DNA of 64,000 nt, from positions 17,529-81,528 of the forward strand of contig NZ_DATMLH010000240.1 in NCBI RefSeq assembly GCF_035570115.1, in the 5' to 3' direction. Positions 1 through 8,625 of this stretch are shown here, piece by piece (positions within the stretch are counted from its first letter, which is position 1; each line of letters opens with the position of its first letter). The translations under genes and the position numbers were made by a program. The stretch is from Mycobacterium sp. (GTDB lineage Bacteria; Actinomycetota; Actinomycetes; Mycobacteriales; Mycobacteriaceae). The notes beneath the pieces are model-generated. The model did no database searches. It saw only the letters and a list, made by a program, of their open reading frames with translations, and was not told the DNA's origin.

Positions 1-1
1 A

Positions 2-457
2 CAGTCGACTGAGGATGCGGGTCGCCGAGATTCCATCGGCCATGCAGTGGTGGATCTTCATCAGGATCGCCCAACGATTGCCCTTCAAGCCCTCGATGAC
101 CCAGCATTCCCACAGCGGGCGGTCTCGGTCCAGACGGCGCTCCAGCACGTCGGCAACGACGCGGTACAGTTCGGCGTCATCGCCGGGCCGTGGAAGTGCC
201 ACCCGGCGCACGTGACGGCTGAGGTCGAATCCCGGATCGTCGACCCACTGTGGAGCACCAACATCGAAAAGTTGGGTACGCAACATCTGAGTGCAGCGCG
301 GTATTGCCCGGATGCGTTCTGCCAGAACGTCCTTGAACTCGCCGTAATCGGGGGCGGAACCGTCGATGATCGCGACTCCGCCGATCGCCAGGCTGACGTT
401 CCGGTCCGAATCTTCCGCCATGAGAAAGCCTGCATCGAGCGCGTTGAGTCGCTCCAC
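2..457 (-). CDS. Wax ester synthase/diacylglycerol acyltransferase (Rv3371-like), 5' part; runs off the window start
   Basis: Manual minus-strand translation from GTG 457 gives VERLNALDAGFLMAED...RRLDRDRPLWECWVIEGL...MKIHHCMADGISA, with the HHxxxDG motif. It is missing from the ORF track because it is truncated. Confidence 0.88.
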   Translation of the reverse strand, partial: MERLNALDAGFLMAEDSDRNVSLAIGGVAIIDGSAPDYGEFKDVLAERIRAIPRCTQMLRTQLFDVGAPQWVDDPGFDLSRHVRRVALPRPGDDAELYRVVADVLERRLDRDRPLWECWVIEGLKGNRWAILMKIHHCMADGISATRILSRL

Positions 458-640
458 GAATCGTCACCGCCGTTCACCCCAGGGACTTCGTCGAGTATCG
501 TCGGCCGTCCCCAGCAGGAGGTGGCGGCAAGATTAAATCGTGTAAACAACTGGAGTCGATTGTGTGGCAACGTAGTTCAGTCTGAGAATTTCTGAGAATT
601 TTTCTCAACCATCGACAAGGCGATCTACCTCGAAAACATT

Positions 641-652
641 TCAGTCGACTGA
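641..652. promoter_or_regulatory. Palindromic candidate TetR operator TCAGTCGACTGA
   Basis: Perfect 12-bp palindrome, flanked by ACA..TGT, 25 bp upstream of the TetR ATG. Confidence 0.5.
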
Positions 653-677
653 CTTGTATAGATGTTATCGTTGATAC

Positions 678-1304
678 ATGAACCGATTCGCCCCGGTCCA
701 ACGTCGGACCCAAGCCGAGCGCAGGGAATCGACGCGTACAGCGTTGCTGGACGCCGCGGTCGACTGCCTGATCGACGAGGGGTACGCAGCGGTGACGACG
801 CGCGGGGTTGCCGAACGGGCCGGGGTCTCTCAAGGGGCGCAACAGCATTACTTCGATGGACGGGTGGACATGGTCGTACAGGCCGTCGGGCAGCTGTCGC
901 AGCGATTGGCTGAGCAGTCCCGGGAGCAGATTCGTACCAGTCAGCGCGACGAGCGTCGCCGCATGCAGTCGCTGCTGGATCGAATGTGGGACATCCACAC
1001 CGGTCCCGCATTCCAGACCGCGGCTGACCTCTGGGCCGCCGCCCGCACTGATCTCGAACTGCGGCAGCCGATCGAAAACCTCGGTCGGGACCTGGATCGC
1101 CAGCTCGCGCAGCTCATCGCCGAAGTGCTGCCCACCCTCGCGAACACCGACTCTGGGCGCACGCTGATCGATGTCGCAACGGCCACCGCGCGCGGTCTGG
1201 CGCTGCGTCGGCTGCCGGGACTGGAGGCCACGGTCGACCGGCGGTGGCGTGCCGCGAAATCCCTACTCATGGACTCTTTCGACGCCCTCGACAAGAAGGG
1301 TTAA
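678..1304 (+). CDS. TetR/AcrR family transcriptional regulator
   Basis: N-terminal HTH: LLDAAVDCLIDEGYAAVTTRGVAERAGVSQGAQQHYF. Confidence 0.9.
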   Translation: MNRFAPVQRRTQAERRESTRTALLDAAVDCLIDEGYAAVTTRGVAERAGVSQGAQQHYFDGRVDMVVQAVGQLSQRLAEQSREQIRTSQRDERRRMQSLLDRMWDIHTGPAFQTAADLWAAARTDLELRQPIENLGRDLDRQLAQLIAEVLPTLANTDSGRTLIDVATATARGLALRRLPGLEATVDRRWRAAKSLLMDSFDALDKKG

Positions 1305-1349
1305 CGGCATGACCGACCCCTTCGGTAACAGCTGACATGCGTTAGCGTA

Positions 1350-1365
1350 TCGAACATATATTCGA
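1350..1365. promoter_or_regulatory. LexA (SOS) box upstream of dnaE2
   Basis: TCGAACATATATTCGA is one mismatch from the mycobacterial TCGAAC-N4-GTTCGA consensus. It is followed by a -10-like TAGACT (1366-1371), 7 nt before the GTG start, which suggests a leaderless transcript. Confidence 0.88.
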
Positions 1366-1378
1366 TAGACTCGGGCGC

Positions 1379-4300
1379 GTGGGTTTCAGCAACGGGCCGC
1401 CGGGCTGGGCGGAGATAGAGCGGGTGCTCGCCGGAAAGCCGCGCCGTTCCGGCACGCCATCGGTGTGGGGGCCGGCCGATGACGTCCCACTGTCGCGCAA
1501 GCGGGTCAGCTACCAGCCGCCAGACGATAACCGGACGGTTCGCTCGTCCGTTGCGTATGCGGAGTTGCACACGCATTCGGCGTTCAGCTTCCTCGACGGG
1601 GCCAGCACACCGGAAGAGCTGATCGAAGAGGCGGTGCGGCTGGATCTGCGCGCCATCGCGCTGACCGACCACAACGGCCTCTACGGGGCGGTGCGGTTTG
1701 CGGAAGCGGCCGCGGAATTGGACGTGCATACCGTATTCGGCGCCGAACTGTCGCTTGGACCCGGCGCTCGGACCGACGAGCCTGATCCGGCGGGCCCGCA
1801 TCTGCTGGTGCTGGCTCGCGGTCCGGAAGGCTATCGACGATTGTCACGGCAGCTGGCCGCGGCCCATCTGGCCGGTGGCGAGAAAGGCAAGCTGCGTTTC
1901 GATTTCGATGCGCTCGCCGACGCGGCGGGTGGCCACTGGCATATCTTGACCGGTTGCCGAAAAGGTCATGTCCGCTCTGCGCTGGCAGCCGGCGGCCCGG
2001 ATGCGGCCGTGGCGGCGTTGGCCGACCTGGTTGACCGTTTCGGCACAGGCCGGGTCAGCGTTGAGCTGACCCACCACGGCCACCCGCTCGACGACGAAAT
2101 CAATGCCGAATTAACCGAATTAGCCATGCGATTCGGCCTCCCTTGTGTTGCCACCACCGGCGCCCATTTCGCTACGCCGTCGCGTCGCCGACTGGCAATG
2201 GCCATGGGTGCGATACGGGCCAGGCAGTCGCTGGACGAGGCGGCCGGCTGGCTGGCCCCGTTGGGCGGCTCCCATCTGCGGTCGGGTGAGGAGATGGCGC
2301 GGCTGTTCGCGCAGCGGCCCGATGTGGTGACCGCCGCGGCCGAACTCGGCGAGCAGTGCGCCTTCGGCCTGGCGCTCATCGCCCCGCAGTTGCCGCCGTT
2401 CGACGTCCCGCCCGGCCATACCGAGGACAGCTGGCTGCGCGAGCTGGCGATGGCGGGGGCGGAGCGGCGCTACGGGCCGCGGGCGCAGGCACGGCAAGCG
2501 TATGCCCAGATCGAGCGCGAGTTGGGAATCATTGCGCAACTGACGTTTCCGGGCTATTTCCTGGTGGTGTACGACATCACCCGATTCTGTCGGGAGAACA
2601 ACATTCTGTGTCAGGGCAGGGGATCGGCGGCCAACTCGGCGGTCTGTTATGCCCTCGGTGTCACCGCGGTCGATCCGATTTCCAACGAATTGTTGTTCGA
2701 GCGTTTCTTGTCGCCGGTCCGCGACGGACCACCCGACATCGACATCGACATCGAATCGGATCAGCGCGAAAAGGTCATCCAGTACGTCTATGACAAATAC
2801 GGCCGTGACTACGCCGCTCAGGTCGCCAATGTGATCACCTACCGCGGGCGAATCGCGGTCCGCGACATGGCCCGTGCCCTGGGTTTCTCGCAGGGGCAAC
2901 AGGACGCGTGGAGCAAGCAGATCGCGCACTGGAACGCGCGGCCGTCGGATATCGACGACATACCCGAGCAGGTGATCGACTTGGCCACCCAGATCCAGAA
3001 TCTGCCGCGGCACATGGGCATCCATTCCGGCGGTATGGTGATCTGCGACCGCCCGATCGCCGACGTCTGCCCGGTGGAATGGGCGCGCATGGAGGACCGC
3101 AGCGTACTGCAATGGGACAAGGATGACTGCGCGGCAATCGGTTTGGTGAAATTCGACCTGCTCGGGCTGGGCATGCTCTCGGCATTGCACTACGCGATCG
3201 ACCTGCTGGCCGAGCACAAAGGAATCCAGGTCGACCTGGCCAAATTGGACCTGTCCGAATCCGCGGTGTACGAAATGTTGTCTCGTGCCGATTCCGTCGG
3301 GGTGTTCCAGGTGGAGTCGCGCGCGCAGATGGCCACCCTGCCGCGGCTGCGACCGAGGGTGTTTTACGACCTGGTGGTCGAGGTCGCGTTGATCCGTCCC
3401 GGCCCCATCCAGGGCGGCTCGGTACACCCGTACATCCGGCGACGCAACGGCGTCGACCCGGTCGTCTACGACCATCCGTCGATGGAGCGGGCATTACGAA
3501 AAACCTTGGGAGTACCGCTGTTTCAGGAACAGTTGATGCAGCTCGCGGTGGACTGCGCGGGCTTTTCCGCCGCTGAGGCCGATCAGCTGCGGCGCGCCAT
3601 GGGGTCCAAGCGGTCGGCGGAACGCATGCGACGGCTGCGCGGCCGGTTTTACGACGGCATGCGGCGGATACACGGCGCCGCCGACGAGGTGATCGACCGG
3701 GTCTACGAAAAATTGGAAGCTTTCGCGAATTTCGGTTTTCCGGAAAGCCACTCGCTGAGCTTCGCGTCACTGGTGTTCTACTCATCGTGGTTCAAGCTGC
3801 ATCACCCGGCGGCGTTCTGCGCTGCGCTGCTGCGCGCACAGCCGATGGGTTTCTACTCGCCGCAGTCGCTGGTGGCCGACGCCCGCAGGCACGGGGTGAC
3901 GGTGCACGGCCCGTGTGTTGCCGCCAGCTTGGCGCACGCCACTCTGGAGAACGCCGGTATGGAAGTGCGGTTGGGGCTGGGCGGTGTCCGCCATATCGGA
4001 GATGACCTGGCCGAAAAAATGGTTGAGGAACGGAAGGCCCACGGCCCCTTTGCTTCGCTGCTGGATTTGACCTCCCGGGTCCAGCTCTCCGTGCCGCAGA
4101 CCGAAGCACTGGCCACCGCGGGAGCGCTGAGCTGCTTCGGGATATCGCGGCGCGAGGCGCTGTGGGCGGCCGGAGCGGCCGCCGCCCAACGGCCAGACCG
4201 CTTACCAGGGGTGGGCTCGTCGTCGCACATTCCGGCATTACCGGGGATGAGCGAGCTGGAATTGGCCGCCGCCGACGTGTGGGCCACCGGCATCTCCCCG

Positions 4301-4660
4301 GACAGCTATCCGACCCAGTTCCTGCGATCGGATCTCGATGAGATGGGTGTGCTGCCCGCCGACGCCCTGCTGTCGGTGCCCGACGGCGACCGGGTACTGA
4401 TCGCCGGGGCGGTCACCCATCGGCAGCGGCCGGGGACCGCCCAGGGGGTGACGTTTATCAACCTCGAGGACGAAACCGGGATGGTCAATGTGCTGTGTAC
4501 ACCGGGGGTATGGGCCCGGCACCGCAAGCTGGCGCAGACGGCGTCGGCACTGCTGATCCGTGGTCAGGTCCAAAACGCCAGTGGCGCAGTCACCGTCGTG
4601 GCGGAGCGGTTGGCCACGCTCACCCTGAAGGTCGGATCGAAGTCTCGCGATTTTCGGTGA
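1379..4660 (+). CDS. dnaE2: Error-prone DNA polymerase DnaE2
   Basis: PHP domain (ELHTHSAFSFLDGAS), GRGSAANS, PPDIDIDIE, C-terminal SRDFR tail and an upstream SOS box. Confidence 0.97.
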   Translation: MGFSNGPPGWAEIERVLAGKPRRSGTPSVWGPADDVPLSRKRVSYQPPDDNRTVRSSVAYAELHTHSAFSFLDGASTPEELIEEAVRLDLRAIALTDHNGLYGAVRFAEAAAELDVHTVFGAELSLGPGARTDEPDPAGPHLLVLARGPEGYRRLSRQLAAAHLAGGEKGKLRFDFDALADAAGGHWHILTGCRKGHVRSALAAGGPDAAVAALADLVDRFGTGRVSVELTHHGHPLDDEINAELTELAMRFGLPCVATTGAHFATPSRRRLAMAMGAIRARQSLDEAAGWLAPLGGSHLRSGEEMARLFAQRPDVVTAAAELGEQCAFGLALIAPQLPPFDVPPGHTEDSWLRELAMAGAERRYGPRAQARQAYAQIERELGIIAQLTFPGYFLVVYDITRFCRENNILCQGRGSAANSAVCYALGVTAVDPISNELLFERFLSPVRDGPPDIDIDIESDQREKVIQYVYDKYGRDYAAQVANVITYRGRIAVRDMARALGFSQGQQDAWSKQIAHWNARPSDIDDIPEQVIDLATQIQNLPRHMGIHSGGMVICDRPIADVCPVEWARMEDRSVLQWDKDDCAAIGLVKFDLLGLGMLSALHYAIDLLAEHKGIQVDLAKLDLSESAVYEMLSRADSVGVFQVESRAQMATLPRLRPRVFYDLVVEVALIRPGPIQGGSVHPYIRRRNGVDPVVYDHPSMERALRKTLGVPLFQEQLMQLAVDCAGFSAAEADQLRRAMGSKRSAERMRRLRGRFYDGMRRIHGAADEVIDRVYEKLEAFANFGFPESHSLSFASLVFYSSWFKLHHPAAFCAALLRAQPMGFYSPQSLVADARRHGVTVHGPCVAASLAHATLENAGMEVRLGLGGVRHIGDDLAEKMVEERKAHGPFASLLDLTSRVQLSVPQTEALATAGALSCFGISRREALWAAGAAAAQRPDRLPGVGSSSHIPALPGMSELELAAADVWATGISPDSYPTQFLRSDLDEMGVLPADALLSVPDGDRVLIAGAVTHRQRPGTAQGVTFINLEDETGMVNVLCTPGVWARHRKLAQTASALLIRGQVQNASGAVTVVAERLATLTLKVGSKSRDFR
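4554..4630 (+). repeat. 77-bp direct repeat, copy 1 (within the dnaE2 3' end)
   Basis: Matches 8492-8568 at 76/77 positions (C4617 vs A8555). Confidence 0.95.
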
Positions 4661-4810
4661 ACCTGCTCGCCGAACGTGAAACTACGGCGAGAGTGAAATT
4701 TGCGACGCGATACACCGTCGACATTCGTAGTCGATCAGTTCGGTAACGGCGCTTGACTTGCGGTACTGGTGTGGCCCCAGCCCCTTTACGGTTGGGCGCC
4801 GGTACGCCAG

Positions 4811-5611
4811 TTAGACGGCGTTCGGTCCTGGCTGGACGCGTTCGGGTGTCTGATGAGTCGATGCGCGTGGCGTCCAGAGGGGTCCCTCGTGCGTCAGCCG
4901 AAAAGTATCTCCACCACGCTCGTCTGATGACCGCGGAGCCCCGGTGACGCGGAAGGCTTGCCAGATGATGACCAGCTCCCAGACGACGAACGTGCTCAGC
5001 GGAATCCAGAACGAGAAGAGTCCATTCCACGCGAGCGGACCGGACTTGAAGAAGTAGGCCGCGACTGCGGGGCTGAACAGCAGGCACGCCCACAAGCTTG
5101 CGTAGCCCAACCAGCGGGGCAGCAGGACCGCTCTGCGTCTGTCCATCAAGATTGCTGCGGCAAACGGTAGGAACTGGACGAGGAATGGCGGCACTGGGGT
5201 CACGGTGAGTATCCAGCCGATGTCGTTGAGCATCAGGACATCTCCGGCTCCACGCTCGGCTCGGTAGGCAGCCACTTGCCAGAACAGGGCCGGCAGGACG
5301 AAGAACATGCTGCTGGCCAGGCCGCCGATGAGTTGACACGTGCTCAGGAAACGCGATTCGCCCTCCATGTCGCGGATCATCGCCGACCAGGTGACCACCC
5401 ATGGCAGGTAGAACGCCGCCGCGAACATGATGAACACCATTCCGAGTTTGATTCCGGTGGTGTTGCGACGATAAATCGCTGCGATCTGCTCGGCGCTCGC
5501 CGCGGGGTTATGCGCCGGCACAAAGCCCGAGAACACCCACAGGCCAAGCAGATACATCACGAGGAAGGCCAAGCCGCACCATGCCCCGACCCTGTTAATG
5601 CGGGGGATCAT
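4811..5611 (-). CDS. Polytopic integral membrane protein, function unknown
   Basis: Multiple hydrophobic helices (PRWLGY, FKSGPLAWNG); RBS GAGGAGG upstream. Confidence 0.85.
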   Translation of the reverse strand: MIPRINRVGAWCGLAFLVMYLLGLWVFSGFVPAHNPAASAEQIAAIYRRNTTGIKLGMVFIMFAAAFYLPWVVTWSAMIRDMEGESRFLSTCQLIGGLASSMFFVLPALFWQVAAYRAERGAGDVLMLNDIGWILTVTPVPPFLVQFLPFAAAILMDRRRAVLLPRWLGYASLWACLLFSPAVAAYFFKSGPLAWNGLFSFWIPLSTFVVWELVIIWQAFRVTGAPRSSDERGGDTFRLTHEGPLWTPRASTHQTPERVQPGPNAV

Positions 5612-5711
5612 CAGATTCCTCCTCGCCGACGATGACGCCTCACCTAGTCCATAACGCGGCGTTGGCGACCGGCAGCGCTGCGCTGGAGGGGCTGGCGGCC
5701 GGGGTCAAGTA

Positions 5712-5731
5712 TTGGTAGTAAACACTATCAA
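5712..5731. promoter_or_regulatory. Islet TetR operator, copy 1
   Basis: Imperfect palindrome TTGGTAGTAAACACTATCAA; its reverse complement matches 6569-6588 at 17/20. Confidence 0.65.
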
Positions 5732-5755
5732 CGTAACCCACACAACAGGAACGGG

Positions 5756-6514
5756 TCAAGGCGTGCCCCGTTTTGAAGTGCCACCTGTCGTGTGGCTCCG
5801 TAGATCGCCGCTCGATGACACAATTCGTTTCCGGTGAACAGGTTTGGCGGTAGATCGGTCCGTGGTCGACGCCAATTTGCGCCGGCCGACTTTCCCGCCG
5901 GCGGGCAACAAACCCGCTGCTCCAATGAGGATGCGGGTAAGTTCGTCGATGATCCTTTTGCGGCTGGGGCGTCTGCCGGATGCATACAGCTCGTCCTCGA
6001 ACATGGCCATGCTGATGACCATGCAGAGCATCGCGCGGGCCGCAATTGGGGTGTCCCATTGCAATCCATGCTCGTACTTGACACCGTCACTGACCTTCTC
6101 CAGGCGTGCCAACACCGGCTGAGCATCCTTGCCGACCAGGCCGTTCGCGACGAGGGAAGCAAAGAGCCGCCGGTGATCGATCACGACGGTGTAGAGCTCC
6201 TGGGCGAACTGCCGCAATGCTTCCTGAGGCGTGCCATGCCGCCTCGGTTCCGGAAGCCAGTCCTGCGCGTAGAGCGCCATGAACTCCTCCAGTGGTGCCA
6301 GCACGGCGGCGTTGAACAACTCCTCTTTGGAAGTGAACGCACGGAAGATCGCTGCTTCCGTCGTCTCGGCGGCGCGGGCGATCTCCTTTGTCGTCGTTCC
6401 CGCGTAGCCGCGAGTCGAGAACAGCTCTTCAGCCGCGGTGAGGATCTGATGACGCACCTGTTCGGTGGAGCGCTTGCGCCGCTTCGCTTGGGCGGGGGTG
6501 GCACCGGTTTCCAC
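5756..6514 (-). CDS. TetR family regulator (islet)
   Basis: HTH ILTAAEELFSTRGYAGTTTKEIARAAETTEAAIFRAF. Probable GTG start at 6514 with a TATCCT -10 just upstream. Confidence 0.88.
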   Translation of the reverse strand: METGATPAQAKRRKRSTEQVRHQILTAAEELFSTRGYAGTTTKEIARAAETTEAAIFRAFTSKEELFNAAVLAPLEEFMALYAQDWLPEPRRHGTPQEALRQFAQELYTVVIDHRRLFASLVANGLVGKDAQPVLARLEKVSDGVKYEHGLQWDTPIAARAMLCMVISMAMFEDELYASGRRPSRKRIIDELTRILIGAAGLLPAGGKVGRRKLASTTDRSTAKPVHRKRIVSSSGDLRSHTTGGTSKRGTP

Positions 6515-6568
6515 ATGCCCAGGATAATGCGGAGACCCCCTTGCACGTGACGCGCGAGCCGATCTACA

Positions 6569-6588
6569 TTGATAGTGATTACAATCAA
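6569..6588. promoter_or_regulatory. Islet TetR operator, copy 2
   Basis: Imperfect palindrome TTGATAGTGATTACAATCAA in the divergent tetR/membrane-gene promoter region. Confidence 0.7.
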
Positions 6589-6692
6589 TAGAGATCGTGA
6601 ACGCTGCCCACAAGTGGGCGAATGGCGTCTCCGTGGTCGGAACATTCTGGCGGCAACGTTTCTGAAGCGTGTCCGCATGAAGGAGCTACCTC

Positions 6693-7448
6693 GTGATCGT
6701 CCTGCTCGCCAGCTACGACCCGCAGACCGTGCTGAACTCAGTAGACACCCGCACCGTTCCAGTGATGGCCTTGATGACTCTGTGTCTTGGCGCCACGTTC
6801 GTGTACCTGGTTTCGGCGTTCCGGACTGCGAAGGCGCACAGCGCTTATCCGGCGCCGCTGGCCGCCGTCGGCTTCTTTGCGATCCATGACGCGACCTTCG
6901 TAGCCTATTGGAACAGCTGGTTCGGCACCTACCACCACTGGTGGTTGGAATGCTGGGCGGTGGCGCTCATCTTCACCTCGGCGATCGAATTCGCACTCTG
7001 TTTCCAGGTGTACCGCTACGGGCGTCAGGAGCTGATGCCCAAGCTCAGCCAACGTCAATTCGGTGCCGCCATCGTCGGGGCGCTGCTCGGTATTACCGCG
7101 ATGTGGCTGACCGTCAAGAGCATCATCGACGACCCGCTGTTCCTGATCGCGTTCGCGGTGACCGCCTGGATGCCACCGGTGTTTTCGACCGTTCTCCTGT
7201 GCGGGCGGGGTTCGATGCGGGGCCAGACGATGCTGATGAACTGGTGCCTGCTGCTGAACCCGATCGGGATGTTCGGTGCCTGGGCGTTCTTGGACCCCTA
7301 CTTCCGGACACCGCCGTTCATTCTGATGGGTGCGGCGACGATTGGGTGGGCAGCTTTCAACCTGTGGGTGATGAGCAAATACCCCAAGTACGAGCCCCGG
7401 CTCGGCGGTGCCGAGAAGACAGTCGTCCCCACCGGCGCGGCAACCTAG
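6693..7448 (+). CDS. Membrane protein, PaxB/Pyr4-like transmembrane terpene cyclase candidate
   Basis: About 7 TM segments; motifs Y..P..A......HD, YRYGRQE and RGSMRGQT; RBS AAGGAG. The CDS is solid, the family call is by eye. Confidence 0.7.
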   Translation: MIVLLASYDPQTVLNSVDTRTVPVMALMTLCLGATFVYLVSAFRTAKAHSAYPAPLAAVGFFAIHDATFVAYWNSWFGTYHHWWLECWAVALIFTSAIEFALCFQVYRYGRQELMPKLSQRQFGAAIVGALLGITAMWLTVKSIIDDPLFLIAFAVTAWMPPVFSTVLLCGRGSMRGQTMLMNWCLLLNPIGMFGAWAFLDPYFRTPPFILMGAATIGWAAFNLWVMSKYPKYEPRLGGAEKTVVPTGAAT

Positions 7449-7618
7449 CGACTGGCGGCGAGAACATCAGCTTAACAACGCATTTCAAAGAAAGGGACAT
7501 CACGTGAGCCGCGCCGCACCGACAACTGCCGGCGCCGAGTCGGAGGTGTTGACCCCAGGAAGGGCAGTGGAATGACTTCATTCACACCCTCCGCCGTGAC
7601 GATGAGTGAGCTTCAACG

Positions 7619-8443
7619 ATGACCCATTTCGACGGCATCCCGCATGGCGTACCGAACTACATGGAGCCACAACAGTTCGCCATGCCGCAAGGCTGGCAGA
7701 CCGTGGCCGAGATCACCTTCACGGTGGCCGCACTTGCGACGGTCCTCGTGGCGAGCTGGATTTCGCGGCGGCGGAAAAGCTGGCAGCCGCTGCTGTACAC
7801 GATCGCCGGTGGCGGCACTGTGGTGAATGAGGCGACGCTGGCCCACCTGTCGCACGCCACCCATTCCCAGGCGGGTGCACACGTGGCGTGGACGTCCCAA
7901 GGACTTGGCGTGCCGTTTTATGCGATCGGTGCGTACTTCCCCTACTTCGGGCTGGTGTTACTGGTCCTGGTGCCCCTTTTTCACGACCGCAAACTGACCG
8001 TAAGAGGTGTCTGGATTGCGGCCCTCTCGATTGTGTTGGGAGTGCTGGCATTCGAAGTACCGTGGATGGCGACCGGACTGTGGCACTACTACGGTCGCCA
8101 GTCACTGCAGCCGTTTGGTTGGATGCCGATTTGGTATGCCTTCGCCAGTGCCATGCTCACGTTCGTCCCCGCGGTGGCCATCGCCCGAGTCCAAGACCGA
8201 TTGCACGGGGCACGGTCGCTGCTCCTGATTCCGCTGGTCATCATGACGTCGATCGGCGCAGTCGTGGCCGTGTCGTGGCCGATGTACATGGCAATGAGCA
8301 GCACGTGGAGCGACGCGATCATCCACCTTGCCGCTCTCACCAGCATCGCTCTCGTCGGAGTCGCGGTCTGGTTCTGCGCGCCCTTGGTGGCACAATCGGG
8401 GAGAGCTCTCGACCGCTCGCTGCCCGTCACAGCTCAGCGGTAG
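7619..8443 (+). CDS. Membrane protein, AveC/CruF-like cyclase-hydratase candidate
   Basis: Polytopic, with intramembrane Glu residues (VVNEA, FEVPW..GLWHYYG). Family call tentative. Confidence 0.65.
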   Translation: MTHFDGIPHGVPNYMEPQQFAMPQGWQTVAEITFTVAALATVLVASWISRRRKSWQPLLYTIAGGGTVVNEATLAHLSHATHSQAGAHVAWTSQGLGVPFYAIGAYFPYFGLVLLVLVPLFHDRKLTVRGVWIAALSIVLGVLAFEVPWMATGLWHYYGRQSLQPFGWMPIWYAFASAMLTFVPAVAIARVQDRLHGARSLLLIPLVIMTSIGAVVAVSWPMYMAMSSTWSDAIIHLAALTSIALVGVAVWFCAPLVAQSGRALDRSLPVTAQR

Positions 8444-8491
8444 GTGGACGGGACAAGGATCCCGCGCGGGCGTTGAGCGCCGCCTAGTTAT

Positions 8492-8568
8492 TGATCCGTG
8501 GTCAGGTCCAAAACGCCAGTGGCGCAGTCACCGTCGTGGCGGAGCGGTTGGCCAAGCTCACCCTGAAG
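8492..8568 (+). repeat. 77-bp direct repeat, copy 2 (orphan dnaE2 3' fragment)
   Basis: See 4554-4630. Confidence 0.95.
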
Positions 8569-8625
8569 AAAGTGCCAAAAAGTCGCCACAGGTTCACGTT
8601 CGGCGGCCAAATGTAGTCTCCAGGC

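Larger units (their letters stand above)
4691..8568. mobile_element. Integrase-less genomic islet inserted downstream of dnaE2
   Basis: Bounded by the dnaE2-derived repeat and by the two separated arms of a palindrome (4668-4690 and 8583-8605). It interrupts the dnaE2-nitroreductase synteny. Confidence 0.65.

Noticed and set aside
1-12. ACAGTCGACTGA resembling the 641-652 palindrome
   Set aside because: It is short, lies inside a coding region and is cut by the window edge; probably chance.
47-595. 182-aa + strand ORF
   Set aside because: It is the antisense shadow of the WS/DGAT gene.
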